This document shows, piece after piece, positions 38,579 through 43,471 of a stretch of DNA of 43,471 nt. This DNA is from Bacteroidota bacterium (lineage in GTDB: Bacteria > Bacteroidota > Ignavibacteria > UBA10030). Where the stretch lies: NCBI GenBank assembly GCA_040882165.1, contig JBBEBV010000027.1, positions 1-43,471 of the forward strand, read 5' to 3'. Position 1 is the first letter of the stretch. Each line of letters starts with the position of its first letter. A model generated the notes under the pieces. That model saw only the letters and a program-made list of their open reading frames with translations. It had not been told where the DNA came from and made no database searches. A program made the position numbers and the translations under genes.

Positions 38579-38881
38579 ATGGACAAGGATCGACAGAGCA
38601 TCGAATGTGAGGCGAAAGTGACGAAGGCGGGCACACTCGAGTTGCCGCCTTCGGTTCTCAAACATTTTGTGCTGAAAGAAGGGTCGACTGTTCATGCCAG
38701 GATTACAACGCGACGCCTGAGTCATGCGCTGAAAGACAGAACAGTCACCGAAGAGGAAGTAGAGCGGATCGGCGAATTGCAGCTGGAGCCCCGGGAAAGC
38801 GTCGTCAGCTTCCTGACGGCGGAAGGATCTCTGGCTTCCGCAAAATCTTTCCGCAAACGGGCGAAGGATGTGTTGAAGTGA
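38579..38881 (+). CDS. AbrB/SpoVT-type antitoxin-like protein
   Basis: 100 aa. The N-terminal segment KVTKAGTLELPPSVLKHFVLKEGSTVHARI looks like a swapped-hairpin (looped-hinge helix) DNA-binding segment. It has a GTGA overlap with the downstream PIN gene. Confidence 0.6.
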   Translation: MDKDRQSIECEAKVTKAGTLELPPSVLKHFVLKEGSTVHARITTRRLSHALKDRTVTEEEVERIGELQLEPRESVVSFLTAEGSLASAKSFRKRAKDVLK

Positions 38882-39324
38882 CCCCGAGGAAACTTGTCGT
38901 CGATACCGACATCCTCGTCGAGCATGTGATCCATGATGGGTCGTTGACAGCAGGAGGTGCCCCCTCGATATTGAGGAAAACCCTCTCACTCTTTTTCTGT
39001 TATACGACCGTGTTCAACGTGATTGAGGCCTTTTCTCTGTGTCGATCGGAAGAAGAGATTGAAGCGGTTGAATCCTCGATGCACGCGTTGAAGATTCTGG
39101 GCCTCAACGGTAAAAGCGGCAAGCGCATCGGATTGGCGCGACGAAGCGTTCGCACCGTACGTGACCTGGATCTCCTGATTGCGGGATTATGTCTGGAGAG
39201 CAAGCTTCCCCTCCTGACCGGCCGGCCGAAGCGATATGTAGGGTTGGCAGACTTGAGGGTGGTACCCTCTCTTGCGGTGAAGAAATGGGACACGGCGGAG
39301 GAAATTCTTCGCGCCGTGCGATAA
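38878..39324 (+). CDS. PIN-domain protein (VapC-like)
   Basis: 148 aa. LVVDTDILVEH carries the first acidic residue, NVIEAF the Glu, and DLDLLIAG the third Asp. The usual fourth acidic position (N..DF) reads GRPKRY. Confidence 0.68.
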   Translation: MTPRKLVVDTDILVEHVIHDGSLTAGGAPSILRKTLSLFFCYTTVFNVIEAFSLCRSEEEIEAVESSMHALKILGLNGKSGKRIGLARRSVRTVRDLDLLIAGLCLESKLPLLTGRPKRYVGLADLRVVPSLAVKKWDTAEEILRAVR

Positions 39325-39353
39325 TGTAGCGTCCTCGACAGGAGGCATCGGCC

Positions 39354-39623
39354 ATGATCCTGGGAAAAGTTGTCGGCACCGTTTGGGCAACGCGGAAAGA
39401 TGAAGAGTTAACCGGCCTGAAGCTCCAGATTGTGAAACATCTGGACCTCGACTATAAGGTGAAGGAAGCATTCGTTGTGGCGGTTGATACGGTCCAGGCG
39501 GGGGTCGGGGATGTCGTCCTGATCGCGACGGGGAGCTCCGCCCGGCAAACAACCATGACGAAAAACAAACCGGTCGATGCCGTCATTATGGCGGTGGTCG
39601 ACAAGCTGGATGTTGCAGATTGA
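39354..39623 (+). CDS. EutN/CcmL-family (BMC-P vertex pentamer) protein, paralog 1
   Basis: 89 aa. It aligns by eye along its whole length with E. coli EutN: GKVVGTVWATRKD..LKLQIV, VAVDTVQAGVGDVVLIATGSSARQ, PVDAVIMAVVDKLD. Confidence 0.85.
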   Translation: MILGKVVGTVWATRKDEELTGLKLQIVKHLDLDYKVKEAFVVAVDTVQAGVGDVVLIATGSSARQTTMTKNKPVDAVIMAVVDKLDVAD

Positions 39624-39698
39624 GAAAGCGGTAACGGGGATGGATTCCGGAGGGGAATGTGACCCTTCGGACACGCTGAACACATCAAACGATCAAGC

Positions 39699-39971
39699 AT
39701 GTTTCTGGCAAAAGTTATCGGCACAATCTGGGCGACCAGGAAAGATGAGAACCTGAAGAGCTTCAAGCTTCAGTTCATCCAACCTCTCACCGCCGGGCGC
39801 GAAAAAGTGGGAACACCGCTTGTCGCCGTAGATACGGTCGGAGCCGGTCCAGGAGAGACGGTGATGTACATTACAGCCAGGGAAGCGGTGATCCCGCTCC
39901 CTGTCCAGATGGCGCCGGTTGATGCAAGCATCGTGGGGATTGTCGACCGCATCGACCTTGCGCAGAAATGA
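39699..39971 (+). CDS. EutN/CcmL-family (BMC-P vertex pentamer) protein, paralog 2
   Basis: 90 aa with AKVIGTIWATRKD..FKLQFI, VAVDTVGAGPGETVMYI and PVDASIVGIVDRID. The GSSAR motif is replaced by TAREA. Confidence 0.83.
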   Translation: MFLAKVIGTIWATRKDENLKSFKLQFIQPLTAGREKVGTPLVAVDTVGAGPGETVMYITAREAVIPLPVQMAPVDASIVGIVDRIDLAQK

Positions 39972-40035
39972 ACTTCCCGAGGGGATAAAACGTTGAGTAG
40001 ACGCGCCGTACCAGTGAAACGAAGGTGAGAACCGA

Positions 40036-40893
40036 ATGGTAAAAATCAGTAAACAATACACGAATCGTGAGAGCCAGTCCCTGGACAAGTACCTCCAGGA
40101 GATCGGCAAGGTCGACCTGCTGACGCCGCAGGAGGAAATCGACCTTGCACGCCGGATCAAGAAGGGAGATCAAAAGTCCCTCGAGAAACTGACGAAGGCA
40201 AACCTCCGTTTCGTGGTAAGCGTGGCGAAGCAGTATCAGAACCAGGGCCTGTCCCTCGGCGATCTGATCAACGAGGGGAACCTCGGGTTGATCAAGGCCG
40301 CAAAGCGATTCGATGAGACCCGTGGATTCAAATTCATCTCGTATGCTGTGTGGTGGATCCGGCAGTCGATTTTGCAGGCGCTGGCGGAACAGTCGCGCAT
40401 TGTCCGCCTGCCGTTGAACCGCGTCGGCGCCCTGAATAAGATCGGGAAGGCCTTCAGCACGCTCGAGCAGGAGTTCGAGCGGGAGCCGAGCGCCAGCGAG
40501 CTGGCGGAGGAATTGGACATGTCCCTCTTTGAGGTCTCGGACACGCTGAAGATTTCGGGACGCCACCTTTCGATGGACGCCCCCTTTGCCCAGGGGGAGG
40601 ACAACCGCTTGCTGGACGTGATCCAGGATTTGCGGCAGCCTTCGCCGGATTCCGACCTCATGTCCGAATCCCTCAGGGAAGAGGTGAAACGCGCACTGGC
40701 AACGCTCAGCGAGCGGGAAGCGCAGGTGATCCGGCTGTATTTCGGATTGGACCAGGAGCATTCGCTCACGTTGGAGGAGATCGGGGAAAAATTCAACCTG
40801 ACCCGCGAACGTGTTCGACAGATCAAAGAAAAAGCCATTCGCCGCTTACGCCATGCCTCGCGCAGCAAAGCGTTACGAGCATACCTCGGCTAA
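40036..40893 (+). CDS. rpoD: Primary-like RNA polymerase sigma-70 factor (short FCB-type SigA)
   Basis: 285 aa. Region 1.2 is LDKYLQEIG and region 2 is [13 protein letters not shown]...[18 protein letters not shown]...[13 protein letters not shown]. Regions 3 and 4.2 ([23 protein letters not shown]) are also present. Confidence 0.93.
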   Translation: MVKISKQYTNRESQSLDKYLQEIGKVDLLTPQEEIDLARRIKKGDQKSLEKLTKANLRFVVSVAKQYQNQGLSLGDLINEGNLGLIKAAKRFDETRGFKFISYAVWWIRQSILQALAEQSRIVRLPLNRVGALNKIGKAFSTLEQEFEREPSASELAEELDMSLFEVSDTLKISGRHLSMDAPFAQGEDNRLLDVIQDLRQPSPDSDLMSESLREEVKRALATLSEREAQVIRLYFGLDQEHSLTLEEIGEKFNLTRERVRQIKEKAIRRLRHASRSKALRAYLG

Positions 40894-40923
40894 TCGTGGG
40901 CACGATCATGTCAATTTCTGAGA

Positions 40924-40952
40924 AGCCCCGGCGGAAGTCGGGGCTTTTTTTC
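40924..40952 (+). terminator. Rho-independent terminator after rpoD
   Basis: An 8-bp stem (AAGCCCCG / CGGGGCTT) closes an 8-nt loop and is followed by a T7 run. It begins 31 nt after the rpoD stop. Confidence 0.75.
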
Positions 40953-40982
40953 AGTTTCGGCGGCAAAGCCCCCACGGCATTT

Positions 40983-41573
40983 GTGCGGGGGAGTCTTGCC
41001 GCGGTCCTTCTGCTGCTTGCCGGTTGCGGCGGCGCGTCCCCGCGCTTCAAAAGCGGAAGCACTCCTTCTGCAACCCGCACGGAAGCGGCACCCAGGGAGA
41101 AGCTGGCCGAGGAGGATCGCGAGACGAAATCGGAGGAGGGAGAGAAAGCACTCTCCGGTGCGCGAAGTTTCAAGACGGAGAAAAATACCTCCATCTCGAA
41201 TCTCGACCAGGCGAGGATGATGCGACAGCTTTCGCGATGGATGGGGGTGCCGTACAAGTTGGGGGGTGGGACGGAGGATGGGATCGATTGCTCCGCCTAC
41301 ACGATGCTGATCTACAAGAACTCGATCGGACGGCAACTTCCCCGCTCGAGTGCAGAACAGTTCAGGGTGGGGCGTGCGGTGGAATACGCGGACCTCAAGT
41401 TTGGCGACCTGGTGTTTTTCAACACAACCGGTGAATCTGCATCGCACGTAGGCATTTACATGGGAGACGATCTCTTTGCCCATGCCAGCGTCGGTCTCGG
41501 TGTCACCGTTTCATCGATTGAGAGTTTCTATTTTAAGAAGCGATATGAAGGCGCCCGGCGGATCGTGGAGTAG
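40983..41573 (+). CDS. NlpC/P60 (C40) peptidoglycan endopeptidase lipoprotein
   Basis: The C40 catalytic core is GIDCSAYTMLIY (Cys) and ASHVGIYMG (His). GTG 40983 gives M-RGSLAAVLLLLAGC, a compact lipobox signal peptide. The alternative in-frame starts GTG 40896 and ATG 40908 would place the rpoD terminator inside the coding region. Confidence 0.82.
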   Translation: MRGSLAAVLLLLAGCGGASPRFKSGSTPSATRTEAAPREKLAEEDRETKSEEGEKALSGARSFKTEKNTSISNLDQARMMRQLSRWMGVPYKLGGGTEDGIDCSAYTMLIYKNSIGRQLPRSSAEQFRVGRAVEYADLKFGDLVFFNTTGESASHVGIYMGDDLFAHASVGLGVTVSSIESFYFKKRYEGARRIVE

Positions 41574-41643
41574 CTTGCATCCGGTTCGGGTCTTCGGTAC
41601 ATTTCCTTGCGGTTTTTGATTTCGAAGGTAAAGGTCTATCTCC

Positions 41644-42252
41644 ATGGCGGTTCTTCCCATCTACCTGATCGGCAGTGAAGTTCTCCGGAAAGTCGCGAAA
41701 CCGGTCCAGACCCTTGACAACACCCTGATCAAGTTGGTCTACGATATGACGGAGACGATGCAGAAAGCCCACGGCATCGGTCTTGCCGCGAACCAGGTGG
41801 GGGAATTGCGCCGGGTGATCGTCATCGATTTCTCCGCGGTGGAGCGGGCGGAAACAGAGGAGGAGATGGAGGAGGGGGAGGAGGGACCGGACGAGCCGCA
41901 ACCTCAGGGTGTACAAAAGACCCTGGTGTTGATCAATCCTGAAGTCGGAGAGACGGCGGGTTCCACTGTCATGGAAGAGGGGTGCCTGAGTATCCCTGAT
42001 GTGCGGGCTGATGTGACGCGTGCGGAGGCCATCCGTATCAATTTTCTCGATGTGAACCTGAAGGAAGTTGAGTTGGAGACCGGGGGGCTGCTTGCACGGG
42101 TGATTCTCCATGAACTTGACCATCTCAATGGTGTGCTCTTTCTGGACCATCTCACCAGAACAAAACGCACGATGTTGAAGCCGGCGGTGCGAAAAATCCA
42201 AAAGGGGGAAGTTGATACTTCCTATCCTGTTGTCAGCGCCGTGGAGGTATAA
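41644..42252 (+). CDS. def: Peptide deformylase
   Basis: All three PDF motifs are present: GIGLAANQVG, EGCLSIP and HELDHLNG. An acidic insertion lies between motifs 1 and 2. Confidence 0.93.
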   Translation: MAVLPIYLIGSEVLRKVAKPVQTLDNTLIKLVYDMTETMQKAHGIGLAANQVGELRRVIVIDFSAVERAETEEEMEEGEEGPDEPQPQGVQKTLVLINPEVGETAGSTVMEEGCLSIPDVRADVTRAEAIRINFLDVNLKEVELETGGLLARVILHELDHLNGVLFLDHLTRTKRTMLKPAVRKIQKGEVDTSYPVVSAVEV

Positions 42253-42261
42253 ACGTTCCGC

Positions 42262-43200
42262 ATGCGCATCCTGTTCATGGGCACCCCCGAGTTTGCTCTT
42301 CCGAGCCTTAGGATTCTCCTCGAGAATCAGTATCCGGTTGTCGCTGTTGCCACAACCCCTGACAGGCCGAAGGGGCGGGGGCAGAAGATGGCCGGGAGCC
42401 CCGTCAAGGAATTCGCTCTTCAGCATCATCTCCCTCTTCTCCAACCGGAGAGTCTGAACGATCCCGGATTCGTCTCCAGTGTTTCCGAGCTCCAACCCGA
42501 TCTTATCGTCGTTGTTGCATTTCGCATCCTCCCGAAAGAAATCTATACCATTCCCCGACTCGGCTCATTCAATCTCCATGCGTCCCTGCTCCCGAAGTTC
42601 CGTGGAGCAGCGCCGATCAACTGGGCGATCATCAGGGGGGAGAAAGAGACGGGCGTTACGACCTTCTTTCTCAAAGACAAAGTCGATACCGGCTCCCTGC
42701 TCCTGCAGGCACGTGTTGCGATCGGGCCGGATGAGACCGCCGGTGAGCTTTATGACAAACTGGCCGAGGTCGGAGCGGAAATTGTGCTCCAAACCGTTCG
42801 CCTGATTGAGCGTGGCAAGGCCCGGCCTCTCCCTCAGGACGATGCGCAGGCCACCACAGCTCCAAAGATCTTCAAAGACGATTGCCGTCTTTCCTGGTCG
42901 GGATCGGCCCGCACGGTTCACAATATGGTCCGCGGACTCTCCCCGCATCCGTGTGCCTGGACCATGCATCAGGAGAGAGTCCTCAGGATTTATCGCACGG
43001 CCATGCAAAGCGAACAAAAGGGAAGCGCACAGAATGCTCCATCCGGAACAGTCATGACAGTGGAGAAGGAGAACCTGGTTGTCGCTACGGCTGAAGGCAT
43101 GCTCTCCATCCTCGATATCCAGCAGGAGGGAAAAAAGCGGATGGGTATTGCGGAATTCCTGCGCGGATACCCGTTGCAGGCAGGCGACATGCTTCACTGA
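42262..43200 (+). CDS. fmt: Methionyl-tRNA formyltransferase
   Basis: MRILFMGTPEFA at the N-terminus, the HASLLPKFRGAAPINWAI SLLP motif and a C-terminal OB-like domain are present. The def-fmt order is classic. Confidence 0.95.
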   Translation: MRILFMGTPEFALPSLRILLENQYPVVAVATTPDRPKGRGQKMAGSPVKEFALQHHLPLLQPESLNDPGFVSSVSELQPDLIVVVAFRILPKEIYTIPRLGSFNLHASLLPKFRGAAPINWAIIRGEKETGVTTFFLKDKVDTGSLLLQARVAIGPDETAGELYDKLAEVGAEIVLQTVRLIERGKARPLPQDDAQATTAPKIFKDDCRLSWSGSARTVHNMVRGLSPHPCAWTMHQERVLRIYRTAMQSEQKGSAQNAPSGTVMTVEKENLVVATAEGMLSILDIQQEGKKRMGIAEFLRGYPLQAGDMLH

Positions 43201-43211
43201 GGGGACGGGTT

Positions 43212-43335
43212 GTGGGGCATTTTGCAGGTAGTCATATCGACCGGGGATAGATTCCCGATAAAAACATTCGGGAATGACGTTCTCTCTCTCATTGTCATGC
43301 CCGCGGATTTTAAGCGGGCATCCAAAATGCCCCAC
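43212..43335. repeat. 13-bp perfect inverted repeat enclosing two internal hairpins
   Basis: GTGGGGCATTTTG (43212-43224) is the exact reverse complement of CAAAATGCCCCAC (43323-43335). Inside are ATTCCCG/CGGGAAT (43251-43257 / 43269-43275) and ATGCCCGC/GCGGGCAT (43297-43304 / 43314-43321). Confidence 0.6.
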
Positions 43336-43471
43336 TACCAGAGGACGGACCAGGTTGCAAAGGCCTGGAAAAAGGAGTATATTCGACCATCTTTTTTGCC
43401 GACAACACCGGAAAAGAAACAGAAGCTCCATGGATTTTGTTCTTTGGGTTTGCAGGGTGATGCATGTTTTC

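Noticed and set aside
39871-42495. Minus-strand ORFs 39871..40761 (296 aa), 40236..40868, 40911..41483 and 41533..42495 (320 aa).
   Set aside because: They lie antisense to rpoD, the NlpC/P60 gene, def and fmt. No motifs are present, and the composition is Arg/Leu/Pro-rich.
43198-43471. The frame of fmt stays open after its TGA stop all the way to the window edge, which raised the idea of stop-codon read-through or selenocysteine.
   Set aside because: Fmt is already full length at 312 aa with a normal C-terminus. I saw no SECIS-like context, and the downstream peptide has no Fmt-like features. An independent downstream ORF or a non-coding structure is more likely.

Overview
The window reads as a tightly packed core-chromosome segment of a moderately GC-rich bacterium (GC judged by eye, not computed). 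I call about 41 protein genes and one RNA gene, with many 1-4 nt start/stop overlaps that suggest long operons. The lineage is probably FCB-group-like (Ignavibacteriota, Chlorobiota or Bacteroidota). That guess rests on a short 285-aa primary sigma factor, frequently absent Shine-Dalgarno sequences, and one exact TAnnTTTG -7-like motif. Most genes are housekeeping: ruvA, ruvC, yebC, recJ, rnhA, guaB, purD, hisS, lgt, rlmB, ptsN, deoB, rpoD, def and fmt, plus two acyl-CoA dehydrogenases, meaB, an acyl-CoA carboxyltransferase and a truncated TonB-dependent receptor. The ORF track hides a type-A RNase P RNA on the minus strand at 5448-5829, underneath spurious ORFs. I saw no rRNA, tRNA, CRISPR array, transposase or integrase. 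The main candidate for something undescribed is the co-oriented four-gene block at 38579-39971, between deoB and rpoD. It holds an AbrB-type/PIN pair followed by two tandem EutN/CcmL-type microcompartment vertex paralogs. No hexameric shell gene or microcompartment enzyme is present anywhere in the window. Other items worth a second look: a receiver-DHp protein with no ATPase domain, divergent from a stand-alone receiver plus a sigma-54 activator; a GAF-GGDEF protein with a destroyed active site but an intact RxxD I-site; a strongly SD-led 64-aa Cys4 ORF; a nested inverted-repeat structure after fmt; and a co-oriented Nif3/Zn-ribbon/RNase HI/rnpB block. All family assignments come from motif recognition by eye. 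No database searches were run.
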